Shown: piece after piece, positions 9,216-21,852 of the stretch
How the letters are laid out: each line of letters starts with the position of its first letter
Position numbering within the stretch: position 1 is the stretch's first letter
DNA from: Candidatus Planktophila sp.
Lineage (GTDB): Bacteria; Actinomycetota; Actinomycetes; Nanopelagicales; Nanopelagicaceae
Assembly: GCA_036723815.1 (NCBI GenBank)
Contig: DAIMGQ010000001.1
Span: forward strand, 1-40,373
Length of the DNA: 40,373 nt
Direction of reading: 5' to 3'
Made by a program: the position numbers and the translations under genes
Notes under the pieces: generated by a model
What the model saw: the letters and a program-made list of their open reading frames with translations, nothing else
Told to the model about the DNA's origin: nothing
Database searches by the model: none

Positions 9216-11924
9216 GTGTCAAAGGTCCGCGTACATGAGTTGGCAAAACAACTCGGTATGGAGAGCAAGGTTGTTCTTGCAAAACTCCAAGAAATGGGCG
9301 AGTTTGTTCGCTCAGCATCATCAACAGTAGAGGCACCAGTTGTCCGCAAGTTGATCGAAATGTATCCCGATGCAAAACCGGTCGAGGAAAAGAAACCCGT
9401 CAAAAAGGCTGCTGCCAAGAAAGCTGCGGCAAAGCCAAAGGGTGAAGTTAGTGCTGAACAAGCCGCTGAACTTGCCGCTGAACTTGGCGTTGATATTGAA
9501 GCGCTCAAGCTTGAACAAGCAAAAGCGATTGCCAACAAAGAAGAAGCTGCAAAGCACGAGGCAGCAGATCGCGCCGCAGACCGTGCAACAGATGGCGCAG
9601 CACCTGCAGCTCCATCAGCACCTGCACCTCGTCCAGGTAACAATCCATTTTCAACAGGTGGTGTAGTTCCACGTCCACCTCGTCCAGGGAATAATCCATT
9701 TTCAACAGGTGGTGTAGTTCCACGTCCACCACAGAGACCTCAAGGCTCACAAGGCAGTGCTCCTCGTCCAGGAATGGCGGGGTCTCGTCCAGGTTCTGTT
9801 CGTCCAGGATTTGCAGCACGTCCAGGTGGAGCACGACCTGCATCAGGTGGACCTACTACTGGTTCAGGTTTTCCACCACGTACTGGTGGCGCACCATCAT
9901 CATCTCCTTATAAATCAAATACACCAGGTACTGGTGGTGCACCTGCTGGTGGTCCGCAACGTCCAGGTGGCGGTCGTCCACCACAACGCGGTGGCGCAGG
10001 CGGAGCATTCGGAAAGAATGCAAGTAAGAAATCTGGTCGTAAACAAAAGTCACGTAAGGCATTACGCGATGAGTTCGACAATATGCAGGCACCACAACTT
10101 GGTGGCGCAGTTGTTCCTCACGGTGATGGCAAGACGCCTATTCGTATGCGTCGCGGAGCTTCATTGGCAGATTTCGCAGACAAGATTGGTGCAGATCCAG
10201 CAGCGTTAGTTGCAGCACTATTCCACTTAGGTGAAATGGTTACAGCAACACAATCAGTCGATGCAGATACCTTTGAAATTCTTGGTGTTCAACTCGGTTA
10301 TAACATTGAAATCGTTAGCCCTGAAGATGAAGATCGTGAGTTACTACAAGACTTCGACATCGACTTAGCTGGCGAACTTGATGATTTAGATCCAGAGTCA
10401 CTGGTTGCACGTCCACCAGTGGTAACTGTTATGGGTCACGTTGATCACGGTAAGACTTCTCTTCTAGATGCGATTCGTAAATCTGAAGTTATGAAGGGTG
10501 AAGCAGGCGGCATTACCCAGCACATCGGTGCCTACCAAATTCACCATGATCATGAGGGCACTAATCGCGCGATTACATTTATTGATACACCAGGTCACGA
10601 AGCGTTTACCGCTATGCGTGCTCGTGGTGCCAAGGTAACTGACATCGCTGTACTAGTTGTTGCCGCAGATGATGGAATCATGCCTCAGACAATTGAAGCT
10701 CTAAATCACGCACAAGCAGCCGATGTTCCAATTGTGGTTGCTGTTAACAAGGTTGATAAAGAGGGTGCAAACCCAGACAAGGTTCGCCAACAGCTAACCG
10801 AGTACAACTTGATCGCAGAGGAGTACGGTGGAGACACAATCTTCGTAAACGTCTCCGCAAAGGCTGGTATTGGAATTGATCAGTTGATCGATTCAATTTT
10901 ACTAACAGCAGATGCTGCAATTGATCTTCGCGCAATTGCCGAAGATGATGCTCGTGGTGTTGCTATTGAAGCGCACCTTGACCGTGGTCGTGGTCCAGTT
11001 GCAACTGTTTTAGTTCAGCGCGGAACGCTAAAGATCGGTGATGCAATCGTTGCCGGTAGTGCATTTGGTCGTGTTCGTGCGATGTTGGATGAAAACGGCG
11101 ATAACGTTGCAACTGCTGGTCCTTCTCGTCCAGTTCAGGTTCTTGGATTTACTTCTGTTCCAAGTGCTGGCGATACCTTCCTTGTTGCTGATGAAGACCG
11201 TACTGCGCGTCAGATTGCTGAAAAGCGACAGGCTGCAGAACGTAACGCACAACTTGCTAAGGCTCGTAAGAAGGTTTCACTGGAAGACTTCATGGAGCAG
11301 TCCAAGATTTCAACACTGAACCTCATTCTTAAGGGTGACGTTTCTGGTTCTGTTGAAGCACTAGAAGATGCATTGATGCAGTTGGATGTTGGCGCAGAAG
11401 TTGATCTTCGCGTTATTCACCGCGGTGTTGGTGCAATTACCAAGAGCGACATCACCTTGGCATCTGCCTCAACTGCAGTTGTGATTGGCTTTAACGTTAA
11501 GCCTGAGCCACAAACTGCAATTTATGCGGATCAAGAAGGCGTGGAAGTTCGTTTCTACTCAGTTATCTATAACGCAATTGAAGAGATTGAGCTTTCCCTT
11601 AAGGGCATGCTCAAGCCAGAGTACGAAGAATCAATCATCGGTAGCGCCGAAGTTCGTGAAATCTTCAAGTCTTCAAAGGCTGGAAACATCGCTGGTTCCA
11701 TTGTTAAGGATGGAATCATCCGTCGTAATGCAAAGGCACGTATTTTGCGTAACGGAACAGTCTTGGTTGATAACCTCACAATTGATTCGCTCAAGCGATT
11801 CAAGGATGATGCCACTGAAGTCCGTGAAGGATTTGAGTGCGGTATTGGCCTTGGCAACATGAAGGAGATCGCACAAGGCGACATCGTTCAGTGCTTTGAG
11901 ATGGTTGAGAAAAAGCGAGCATAA
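9216..11924 (+). CDS. infB: Translation initiation factor IF-2
   Basis: 'KVRVHELAK' N-domain; [18 protein letters not shown]-domain motifs. Confidence 0.99.
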   Translation: MSKVRVHELAKQLGMESKVVLAKLQEMGEFVRSASSTVEAPVVRKLIEMYPDAKPVEEKKPVKKAAAKKAAAKPKGEVSAEQAAELAAELGVDIEALKLEQAKAIANKEEAAKHEAADRAADRATDGAAPAAPSAPAPRPGNNPFSTGGVVPRPPRPGNNPFSTGGVVPRPPQRPQGSQGSAPRPGMAGSRPGSVRPGFAARPGGARPASGGPTTGSGFPPRTGGAPSSSPYKSNTPGTGGAPAGGPQRPGGGRPPQRGGAGGAFGKNASKKSGRKQKSRKALRDEFDNMQAPQLGGAVVPHGDGKTPIRMRRGASLADFADKIGADPAALVAALFHLGEMVTATQSVDADTFEILGVQLGYNIEIVSPEDEDRELLQDFDIDLAGELDDLDPESLVARPPVVTVMGHVDHGKTSLLDAIRKSEVMKGEAGGITQHIGAYQIHHDHEGTNRAITFIDTPGHEAFTAMRARGAKVTDIAVLVVAADDGIMPQTIEALNHAQAADVPIVVAVNKVDKEGANPDKVRQQLTEYNLIAEEYGGDTIFVNVSAKAGIGIDQLIDSILLTADAAIDLRAIAEDDARGVAIEAHLDRGRGPVATVLVQRGTLKIGDAIVAGSAFGRVRAMLDENGDNVATAGPSRPVQVLGFTSVPSAGDTFLVADEDRTARQIAEKRQAAERNAQLAKARKKVSLEDFMEQSKISTLNLILKGDVSGSVEALEDALMQLDVGAEVDLRVIHRGVGAITKSDITLASASTAVVIGFNVKPEPQTAIYADQEGVEVRFYSVIYNAIEEIELSLKGMLKPEYEESIIGSAEVREIFKSSKAGNIAGSIVKDGIIRRNAKARILRNGTVLVDNLTIDSLKRFKDDATEVREGFECGIGLGNMKEIAQGDIVQCFEMVEKKRA
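9627..9728 (+). repeat. 51-bp tandem duplication in infB ([17 protein letters not shown] x2)
   Basis: Units 9627-9677 and 9678-9728 differ only at GGTAAC/GGGAAT. Confidence 0.9.
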
Positions 11925-11927
11925 GCA

Positions 11928-12362
11928 ATGGGTCAATCACATCGCACACTGAAGGTCGCCGACCGCATTAAGGTAGTAGTTGCAAACCTACTTGAGACAA
12001 AGATTAAAGATCCGCGTCTAGGTTTTGTAACTGTTACCGATGCGCGCGTTACTGGCGATCTTCAGCAAGCATCTGTTTTCTACACAGTCCTTGGTGGTTT
12101 AGATGAGCGCGCAGCAACTGCGGCGGCTCTAGAGAGTGCTAAGGGTGCCATTCGTTCTGCACTTGGCCGCGAATTAGGACTTCGCATTACACCCAGCATT
12201 GAATTCTTTGAAGATGGTTTGCCTGAAAGCGCCCTTGCTCTTGATTCTTTGCTTGCAAAGGTTCACGAGCAAGATGCACAAGTTGCAGAGCTTCGAAAGA
12301 ATGCCAGTTATGCCGGGGGAGAAGATCCTTACAAAGCTCCACGTGTAATCGAAGAAGAGTAG
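11928..12362 (+). CDS. rbfA: Ribosome-binding factor A
   Basis: '[20 protein letters not shown]', '[10 protein letters not shown]'. Confidence 0.96.
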   Translation: MGQSHRTLKVADRIKVVVANLLETKIKDPRLGFVTVTDARVTGDLQQASVFYTVLGGLDERAATAAALESAKGAIRSALGRELGLRITPSIEFFEDGLPESALALDSLLAKVHEQDAQVAELRKNASYAGGEDPYKAPRVIEEE

Positions 12363-12373
12363 CGACGCACATA

Positions 12374-13252
12374 GTGCACGAGCACGGTTTTCTGGTTGTA
12401 GATAAAGAGCCAGGCATGACAAGCCACGATGTGGTTGCTATTGCACGCAAAGCACTTGGCACACGCAAAGTTGGTCACGCAGGAACCCTTGACCCAATGG
12501 CAACCGGAATCCTGGTCTTAGGATTTAACAACGGAACTCGCCTCTTGCAATACATCACAGATGGCGACAAGTGCTATCAAGCAACCGTGGTGTTAGGTGC
12601 TGCAACAATTACCGATGATGTTGAAGGTGAAGTAATTAGCACGGCAGATACTTCTGCAATTACAGATGGTCAGATTATTGATGAGTTATCGAAAATGCGC
12701 GGCACAATCATGCAACGACCAAGTTCAGTCTCTGCCGTAAAAATTGATGGAGAACGTGCTTATGATCGAGTTCGATCAGGTGAAGAAGTTGTTTTGCCAA
12801 CTCGTGAAGTCACAATTACGCAATTAGATGTTCTTGTAATTCGTAGGCTTGAAAAGGGTATTGAAATCGATATTGAAGTGACATGCTCCTCTGGAACATT
12901 TATTCGCGCCATTGCCCGCGATTGCGGTGATGCATTAGGCGTTGGGGGACATCTCAACTCATTGCGTCGTTCTCGCGTTGCAGGCTTTGGTTTAGATAGA
13001 GCAGTTACCTTGGCGCAGTTAAAGAAGGGTGAGTTTTCAACCTTGGATTTGGCAGATGTTGCACGAGCAACATTTCCTGTTCGAGAGATTGGGTTGGATG
13101 AAAAGCTCGAGCTATCCTTTGGGCGCACACTGACTGCTAATGCCGGTCAACAAATTTATGCAGGAATTTCTGCAACGAATGAATTAATCGCCCTGCTACA
13201 TAACGTCGATGGTAAAGCCAAGCCAATTGCTGTATTCGCGGCAGCTAATTAA
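12374..13252 (+). CDS. truB: tRNA pseudouridine(55) synthase
   Basis: 'DKEPGMTSHDVV', 'GHAGTLDPMATG', 'CSSGTFIR'. Confidence 0.96.
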   Translation: MHEHGFLVVDKEPGMTSHDVVAIARKALGTRKVGHAGTLDPMATGILVLGFNNGTRLLQYITDGDKCYQATVVLGAATITDDVEGEVISTADTSAITDGQIIDELSKMRGTIMQRPSSVSAVKIDGERAYDRVRSGEEVVLPTREVTITQLDVLVIRRLEKGIEIDIEVTCSSGTFIRAIARDCGDALGVGGHLNSLRRSRVAGFGLDRAVTLAQLKKGEFSTLDLADVARATFPVREIGLDEKLELSFGRTLTANAGQQIYAGISATNELIALLHNVDGKAKPIAVFAAAN

Positions 13253-13270
13253 TTCTGAGACAATGGGCTT

Positions 13271-14143
13271 ATGAGCATCGTCGTTATAGGCAACTTTGAT
13301 GGAGTCCACAAAGGACACCAGCAAATTCTTAACCGTGCCAAAGAAATAGCTGGCGATGAAAAGATTGTTGCGCTGACCTTTGATCCACACCCGGTATCTA
13401 TTTTTGCACCTGAACGGGCTCCAACATTGCTGACCATTTTGAGCGACAAGATTGAGCTACTAAAGATTCATAACGCTGATCAGGTTGCGGTAATCAAGTT
13501 CACCAAGGAGTTTGCTGCAATGGCTCCTGAGGAGTTCGTCAATAAGGTTTTAGTCGAACAACTCAAAGCAAGCACAGTTATTGTTGGTCAGAACTTTACA
13601 TATGGCTTTAAGGCTGCGGGCAACGTAACCACACTGGCTGCTCACTCTGAGTTTAAAACTATTGTTTTGGATTTACAGTCAAATGCAGAAGAAGCAATAT
13701 CTTCAACTCGTATTCGCTCTGCAATAGTTAACGGCGATGTTGAAAGTGCCAGAGAGATGTTGACTCGTCCCCACCGCCTAGATGGCATTGTTGTTCATGG
13801 TGAAAAACGTGGACGTGAAATTGGATATCCAACTGCAAACCTTGGAAACATAGATGGCCAAACAATTCCAGCAGATGGTGTGTATGCAGGATGGTTAACA
13901 GTTGGAATTGATCGTTGGCCTGCAGCAATTTCAATTGGTACAAATCCAACCTTTGAAGGAGTTCGTGGGCGTCAGGTTGAGGCATATGCACTTGATCAAG
14001 TGGGTTTGGATTTGTATACAAAGCCGGCAACCATCGAATTTGGTTGGAGACTTCGAGAGACTTTGAAATTTGATGGTCTTGAGCCGTTGCTTGAACAAAT
14101 GGCTAAGGATTGTGCCGAAGCCCGTAGATTGACCGAGCTCTAA
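13271..14143 (+). CDS. ribF: Bifunctional riboflavin kinase/FAD synthetase
   Basis: 'GNFDGVHKGHQ', 'ISSTRIR', 'GREIGYPTAN', 'SIGTNPTF'. Confidence 0.96.
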   Translation: MSIVVIGNFDGVHKGHQQILNRAKEIAGDEKIVALTFDPHPVSIFAPERAPTLLTILSDKIELLKIHNADQVAVIKFTKEFAAMAPEEFVNKVLVEQLKASTVIVGQNFTYGFKAAGNVTTLAAHSEFKTIVLDLQSNAEEAISSTRIRSAIVNGDVESAREMLTRPHRLDGIVVHGEKRGREIGYPTANLGNIDGQTIPADGVYAGWLTVGIDRWPAAISIGTNPTFEGVRGRQVEAYALDQVGLDLYTKPATIEFGWRLRETLKFDGLEPLLEQMAKDCAEARRLTEL

Positions 14144-14186
14144 GCGGGCAAATCCACCCGATTTCACCTATTCATAGGCTCGCTGG

Positions 14187-14271
14187 TAGCCTAGCCCTTC
14201 AGTCGAGATAGCGAATCTTTCGTGAATCAAACCGAAAGAGCCTCGTGCTCAGTAAACAAGGAGAACAAGAA
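14187..14271 (+). promoter_or_regulatory. rpsO promoter (-10 TAGCCT) and structured leader, candidate S15 autoregulatory site
   Basis: CGAG(14204-07)/CTCG(14242-45) encloses TCTTTCG(14216-22)/CGAAAGA(14233-39); SD AAGGAG. Confidence 0.5.
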
Positions 14272-14541
14272 ATGGCATTAACACCAGAACTAACGAAAGA
14301 AATTATTGCTCAGTACGGTTCTACTCCTACTGACACAGGATCACCTGAAGCTCAGGTCGCTCTTCTTTCAAAGCGTATTGAACAAATCACAGATCACTTG
14401 AAGACTAACCCACATGATCACCACAACCGTCGTGGTCTTTTGTTGCTAGTTGGACGTCGTCGCCGCATTCTTCAGTACTTGGCAAAGACAGACATCAATC
14501 GTTACCGCGCAATTATCGAGAAGCTCGGTATTCGCCGCTAA
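14272..14541 (+). CDS. rpsO: 30S ribosomal protein S15
   Basis: '[12 protein letters not shown]', '[10 protein letters not shown]'; ATG 14272 follows the SD. Confidence 0.98.
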   Translation: MALTPELTKEIIAQYGSTPTDTGSPEAQVALLSKRIEQITDHLKTNPHDHHNRRGLLLLVGRRRRILQYLAKTDINRYRAIIEKLGIRR

Positions 14542-14554
14542 TTAAGTAAACACA

Positions 14555-14647
14555 ATCTGCCGTAGAGCAATGGTCCTCGGTAGTGGTTTCCGCGCTAGAG
14601 ATTAAAAGCGCGTGAACTTCGATCGAAGATTCATTCTCTTGGCAGAT
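14555..14647 (+). ncRNA. Actino-pnp cis-regulatory RNA motif (pnp 5' leader)
   Basis: GGTCCTCGGTAGTGG...CTTCGATCGAAGA core recognised as typical of actinobacterial pnp leaders; closing stem ATCTGCC/GGCAGAT; inner CGCGCT/AGCGCG. Confidence 0.75.
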
Positions 14648-14699
14648 AACAAAGCACGATAATTTTGTCGCGCTTTTCAATCTACAAAGAGGAGGACCC

Positions 14700-16904
14700 A
14701 TGGAGGGTCAAGAGGTTCAGTCAGCCGTTGCAATTATTGATAACGGAAAATTCGGAAAACGAGAAATTCGTTTTGAAACAGGACGCCTAGCGCGCCAAGC
14801 AGCAGGAGCTGCAGCAGTTTATCTAGATGATCAAACAATGATCTTCTCAGCAACAACTGCATCAAAAACTCCAAAGGATCAATTTGATTTCTTTCCTTTA
14901 ACAGTTGATGTTGAAGAGAAGATGTATGCAGTTGGTCGTATTCCAGGATCATTCTTCCGTCGTGAAGGTCGTCCATCAGAAGATGCGATTCTTACTTGCC
15001 GTTTGATCGACCGTCCACTACGTCCATCATTTGTGAAGGGACTTCGTAACGAAGTTCAGATCGTTGTGACAGTAATGGCACTAGATCCAGATCATATGTA
15101 TGACGTTATTGCCATCAACGCTGCATCAATTTCTACACAACTTGCAGGTCTTCCTTTCTCTGGTCCAATCGGTGGCGTTCGCGTTGCTTTGATTGATGGT
15201 CAGTGGGTTGCATTCCCTAACCATTCACAGGTTGCTAACGCAGTCTTTGACATGGTTGTTGCTGGTCGCGTTAGTGATGATGGCGATGTTGCAATCATGA
15301 TGGTTGAAGCAGAAGCGACTTCTCGCACAATTGAATTAATCAAGGGTGGCGCACCAACTCCGAATGAAGAAGTTGTTGCTCAGGGCCTAGATGCTGCAAA
15401 GCCGTTCATCAAGATTCTCTGTGATGCACAAGCAAAGCTTGCAAAGGTTGCCGCAAAGCCAACTGCAGATTTCCCAGTCTTCTTGGATTACCAAGATGAT
15501 GTATTTGCAGCTGTTGAAAAGGCTGGAAAAGATGATCTTGCAAAGGCGCTAACTATTGTTGGTAAGCAAGAGCGTGAGACAAAGATCGATGAGATCAGTG
15601 CAGCTGTTAAGGAATCTGTAAGCGCTAATTTTGAAGGTCGCGAAAAGGAAGTTCCTGCAGCATTCCGTTCATTGACGAAGAAGCTTGTACGTCAGCGCGT
15701 ATTACGCGACAAGATTCGTATTGATGGTCGCGGACTCCGCGATATCCGTGCGTTATCTGCAGAGGTAGAAGTTATTCCTCGCGTACACGGTTCAGCAATC
15801 TTCGAGCGCGGAGAGACACAGATTCTTGGAATCACAACTCTTAACATGCTCAAGATGGAGCAACAGCTAGATACGTTGAATCCTGAAAATCACAAGCGTT
15901 ATATGCACAACTACAACTTCCCACCATATTCAACTGGTGAAACAGGTCGTGTTGGTACACCAAAGCGTCGCGAAATCGGCCACGGTGCACTTGCTGAGCG
16001 TGCCTTGATTCCAGTACTTCCATCACGTGAAGAGTTCCCTTACGCAATCCGTCAGGTTTCTGAGGCACTTGGTTCAAATGGTTCAACATCTATGGGTTCA
16101 GTATGTGCATCAACACTTGCACTATTTAACGCAGGTGTTCCACTACGCGCACCAGTTGCAGGTATTGCGATGGGTCTAATTTCAGATGATGTTGATGGCA
16201 AGGTTGAATACGTTGCTTTGACAGATATCTTGGGTGCAGAAGATGCATTCGGAGATATGGACTTTAAGGTTGCGGGAACCAAGGACTTTGTTACAGCGCT
16301 ACAGCTAGATACAAAGCTTGATGGAATTCCAGCATCTGTTCTTGCAGGTGCACTATTGCAGGCTAAGGAAGCGCGTCTTGCGATTCTAGATGTCATGAAT
16401 GAAGCAATCGATGCACCAGATGAGATGAGCCCATATGCTCCTCGCATTATTTCTGTGAAGATTCCAGTGGATCAGATTGGTGCAGTTATCGGGCCTAAGG
16501 GCAAGATTATTAACCAGATTCAAGAAGAAACTGGCGCAGATATCTCAATTGAAGATGACGGAACCATCTATATCGGTGCAACCGATGGACCTTCAGCTGA
16601 AGCTGCTCGCGCACAGATCAATGCAATTGCAAACCCACAAATGCCAGAGGTTGGCGAGCGTTACTTAGGTACCGTTGTGAAGCTTGCTGCATTCGGTGCA
16701 TTCATTTCATTGATGCCAGGTAAAGATGGCCTGCTCCACGTATCTCAGATTCGTAAGATGCATGGTGGAAAGCGCATTGAAAACCTTGAAGAGGTTATGA
16801 AGGTTGGCGACAAGATCCAAGTTGAAATCGGCGAGATTGATCCAAAGGGCAAGTTGTCTTTGGTTCCTGTGCTTGAAGATGGAACAACTGGTTCAGCTGA
16901 ATAA
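14700..16904 (+). CDS. pnp: Polyribonucleotide nucleotidyltransferase (PNPase)
   Basis: 'FFPLTVD', 'RREIGHG', '[11 protein letters not shown]', 'GDMDFKVAG', KH and S1 domains. Confidence 0.98.
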   Translation: MEGQEVQSAVAIIDNGKFGKREIRFETGRLARQAAGAAAVYLDDQTMIFSATTASKTPKDQFDFFPLTVDVEEKMYAVGRIPGSFFRREGRPSEDAILTCRLIDRPLRPSFVKGLRNEVQIVVTVMALDPDHMYDVIAINAASISTQLAGLPFSGPIGGVRVALIDGQWVAFPNHSQVANAVFDMVVAGRVSDDGDVAIMMVEAEATSRTIELIKGGAPTPNEEVVAQGLDAAKPFIKILCDAQAKLAKVAAKPTADFPVFLDYQDDVFAAVEKAGKDDLAKALTIVGKQERETKIDEISAAVKESVSANFEGREKEVPAAFRSLTKKLVRQRVLRDKIRIDGRGLRDIRALSAEVEVIPRVHGSAIFERGETQILGITTLNMLKMEQQLDTLNPENHKRYMHNYNFPPYSTGETGRVGTPKRREIGHGALAERALIPVLPSREEFPYAIRQVSEALGSNGSTSMGSVCASTLALFNAGVPLRAPVAGIAMGLISDDVDGKVEYVALTDILGAEDAFGDMDFKVAGTKDFVTALQLDTKLDGIPASVLAGALLQAKEARLAILDVMNEAIDAPDEMSPYAPRIISVKIPVDQIGAVIGPKGKIINQIQEETGADISIEDDGTIYIGATDGPSAEAARAQINAIANPQMPEVGERYLGTVVKLAAFGAFISLMPGKDGLLHVSQIRKMHGGKRIENLEEVMKVGDKIQVEIGEIDPKGKLSLVPVLEDGTTGSAE

Positions 16905-18916
<2,012 letters not shown>

Positions 18917-18926
18917 GGGGCAACTC

Positions 18927-19184
18927 ATGTCAAAAGATCAAATCACAATGTACGGCGCTGATTGGTGCGGAGATTGCCGACGCTCAAAGCGCTTATTTGA
19001 AGAGCTTAATGTCGAATACACATTGATTGACACAGATTCAGATTTATCTGCCGCTGACAAGGTCATCGAAATTAACGGTGGAGCTAAGTCAATTCCAGTG
19101 ATTGTTTTCTCTGATGGTACTCACCTAACGGAGCCATCAGATAATGATCTAAAGGCAAAGCTTGTAGCCTTGGGGATTATCTAA
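18927..19184 (+). CDS. Glutaredoxin/mycoredoxin-like small redoxin
   Basis: WCGDC active site; 'NGGAKSIP', 'DGTHLTEP'. Confidence 0.85.
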   Translation: MSKDQITMYGADWCGDCRRSKRLFEELNVEYTLIDTDSDLSAADKVIEINGGAKSIPVIVFSDGTHLTEPSDNDLKAKLVALGII

Positions 19185-19504
19185 AGCCAGCGATAAACAG
19201 CTGCAGATGAAATTGCAGCTGAGAGTACGACGACTGGAAATGGCGCTTTGAGAAATAGCGCGATTATTGCAACAGATAAGCCAACTAGTCGTTGGTCAAT
19301 CATCAACTGTGACTTTTCAGAAAATGATTGAACGGCAACTAGTGCACTTAGCAATGCAATCGGAATAAGTGCGTTGATGCGTTGAATCTTTGGGTGTGAA
19401 AGCCAGCGTTCTGGAACAGAGTGGCCTGAGTACTTGAGTGCAAAAGCAATCACACTCGTTCCGATGGTTGCAATCCACAAGGTATTCATTGTCTGGGTGC
19501 TCAT
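19181..19504 (-). CDS. azlD: AzlD-family amino acid exporter small subunit
   Basis: 'LIPIALLSALVAVQ', 'LKAPFPVVV'; ATG 19504 overlaps the azlC stop (ATGA). Confidence 0.8.
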   Translation of the reverse strand: MSTQTMNTLWIATIGTSVIAFALKYSGHSVPERWLSHPKIQRINALIPIALLSALVAVQSFSEKSQLMIDQRLVGLSVAIIALFLKAPFPVVVLSAAISSAAVYRWL

Positions 19505-20163
19505 CGCTTCAATCCAACTGCTATTGCAATAAATGCAGTTGCGATGATGGGAAGACCTGCAGGCAAAATCGGCGTCATAGCGAATGCAAAGATTGCACAA
19601 CCAATAGCCAAAATGCGCTCAAACTTTCCTGTTAATCGTGGCCATACCAATCCCAAGAATGCTGCGGGAACGGCTGAATCAAGACCAAAGGCGCGGATAT
19701 CGCCCATTGCTTGCGCACCTAGCGCACCTGCAAGTGTGAAAAGGTTCCAGAATACGAATACGCCAATGCCTGTGTACCAGAAGCCTTTGCGCATCGCGTC
19801 GATGCCCCGGGGCTCCTGGCCCAATGCAACCGCTGTTGATTCATCAATAGTTATTTGCGCTGCAACGACTCGAGTTAATCCAGATACTTTCAGTCGGGGA
19901 GCCATGATGACTCCATAGAGTGCGTTTCTAACTCCGAGTAAAGATGCAGTTGCGATTCCACTTAATGCAGATCCACCCGCTCCTAGAACTCCAATAACTG
20001 CAAATTGAGATGCACCAGAAAATGTCAATAATGAAAGTAGGCAGCTTTGTAAAACAGTAAAGCCATTTGCCACAGCAGCGGCCCCAAATGCCACCCCATA
20101 TGCACCAACGGTGAGTGAAACACTGAGCGAATCACGCAATGTGGTGGAGGCAACCTTGGACAC
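19501..20163 (-). CDS. azlC: AzlC-family amino acid exporter permease
   Basis: 'FSGASQF', 'IDESTA', 'GLDSAVPAAFL'. Confidence 0.88.
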   Translation of the reverse strand: MSKVASTTLRDSLSVSLTVGAYGVAFGAAAVANGFTVLQSCLLSLLTFSGASQFAVIGVLGAGGSALSGIATASLLGVRNALYGVIMAPRLKVSGLTRVVAAQITIDESTAVALGQEPRGIDAMRKGFWYTGIGVFVFWNLFTLAGALGAQAMGDIRAFGLDSAVPAAFLGLVWPRLTGKFERILAIGCAIFAFAMTPILPAGLPIIATAFIAIAVGLKR

Positions 20164-20222
20164 GCGGACATTGTGCCGTATATATCCAAGGGGTGCTAGG
20201 GGCTAATAGATAGGGTGCGAAC

Positions 20223-20942
20223 ATGAGTGAAGAAATTATCTACCGCGATGATGTGACCGTTGAATTAGTGAAAGCCAGTGCTAGCGATGCTGATGTTATT
20301 TGGGCAGCTCGTGTGTCAACAGCTGGTGAGCAATCGATGGAAGAAATTGGGGAAGATCCAGCACGTTCTGCAGGATTGATTAATTACCTGGCTCGCGAAC
20401 GTCACGGATCTCCATTCGAGCACACATCAATGACATTTTTTGTCTCCGCTCCAATCTTTGTTTTTCGTGAGTTCATGCGCCACCGGATTGCTTCATACAA
20501 TGAAGAAAGTGGTCGCTACCGCGAGCTAAAACCTGTTTTCTATATTCCATCTGCCGAACGCAAACTTGTTCAAGTGGGTAAAACTGGCGCATACACATTT
20601 GTTGATGGAACGAAAGAGCAATTTGATGTGACGGTTGAAGCGATGAAGGATGCATACGTTATTGCATATGAAAGTTATCAAAAGATGTTGGAAGCTGGCG
20701 TTGCCCGCGAAGTCGCCCGCGTAGTTTTGCCGGTTGCAACCTACTCATCTATGTATGTGTCAATGAATGCTCGCGCATTGATGAACTTCTTGTCCTTGCG
20801 GACAGCCCGTGAAGGTTCACATTTTCCAAGCTATCCTCAACGTGAAATTGAGATGGTTGCCGAGAAAATGGAAGCGGAATTTGCGAAATTAATGCCGCTT
20901 ACATACGCAGCCTTTGAAAAGTCTGGACGAGTCGCCCCTTAA
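20223..20942 (+). CDS. thyX: FAD-dependent thymidylate synthase
   Basis: ThyX motif RHRIASYNEESGR; 'HGSPFEH'. Confidence 0.97.
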   Translation: MSEEIIYRDDVTVELVKASASDADVIWAARVSTAGEQSMEEIGEDPARSAGLINYLARERHGSPFEHTSMTFFVSAPIFVFREFMRHRIASYNEESGRYRELKPVFYIPSAERKLVQVGKTGAYTFVDGTKEQFDVTVEAMKDAYVIAYESYQKMLEAGVAREVARVVLPVATYSSMYVSMNARALMNFLSLRTAREGSHFPSYPQREIEMVAEKMEAEFAKLMPLTYAAFEKSGRVAP

Positions 20943-20961
20943 AGCGGGTAGAGTTCACCGC

Positions 20962-21852
20962 ATGACAATCGCACCTCCATTTGGACGGCTTCTGACCGCA
21001 ATGGTCACGCCATTCAAAAAAGATGGCGCAATCGATTGGGCAGGTGTTGAGACTCTTGCAACTCACCTAGTTGCACATGGCCATGATGGAATCGTGGTGA
21101 ATGGAACAACAGGTGAAGCCCCAACAACTAAGTCCTCTGAAAAAGAGGAGATCATTCGCGTTGTCAGAAACGCAGTGGGGTCTTCGATTAAAGTTTTATC
21201 TGGTGCTGGAGATAATGAAACTGAGTACTCAATCAATCAAGCCAAGCGCACCGAAAAAGCAGGAGCAGATGGTTTGCTTGTAGTAACTCCTTATTACAAC
21301 AAACCACCACAAGCTGGTATCGAAGCTCACTTCCGCGCTGTTGCTGATGCAACCGATCTTCCGATGATGATGTATGACATTCCTGGTCGCACCGGTGTTC
21401 CAATCGAACCAGACACAATTGTTCGTCTTGCAGAGCACCCTCGGATCGTTGCACTCAAGGATGCAAAGGGAGATGTTGCATCGACTTCATGGGTTATTAA
21501 GCGTTGCGGAATTCCTGTTTATTCAGGTGATGACATTCTTAACTTGCCACTACTTTCAGTTGGGGCAGTTGGATTTGTATCTGTTTGTGGTCACACAGTC
21601 GGAAAAGATCTTCGCGAGTTACTAGATGCTTGGTTTGCTGGAAACGCAGCGCGTGCTTTAGAGATCCACCAGAAGTTACTGCCTGTCTACACAGGAACCT
21701 TCCGAACGCAAGGTGCGATTCTGACAAAGGCCGCACTCACATTAATGGGCCTACCTGGCGGCCACACTCGTCTTCCTCTAGTCGATGCTACTGATGCACA
21801 GATCGCACAACTGCGTGAAGATCTACGTGCCGGTGGTGTTGCAGTTAACTAA
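20962..21852 (+). CDS. dapA: 4-hydroxy-tetrahydrodipicolinate synthase
   Basis: 'GTTGE', 'TPYYNKP', 'YDIPGRT', 'LKDAKG'; ATG 20962. Confidence 0.96.
   Translation: MTIAPPFGRLLTAMVTPFKKDGAIDWAGVETLATHLVAHGHDGIVVNGTTGEAPTTKSSEKEEIIRVVRNAVGSSIKVLSGAGDNETEYSINQAKRTEKAGADGLLVVTPYYNKPPQAGIEAHFRAVADATDLPMMMYDIPGRTGVPIEPDTIVRLAEHPRIVALKDAKGDVASTSWVIKRCGIPVYSGDDILNLPLLSVGAVGFVSVCGHTVGKDLRELLDAWFAGNAARALEIHQKLLPVYTGTFRTQGAILTKAALTLMGLPGGHTRLPLVDATDAQIAQLREDLRAGGVAVN

Noticed and set aside
9137..9643. 168-aa antisense ORF across the infB start
   Set aside because: Low-complexity mirror of the IF2 N-terminus.
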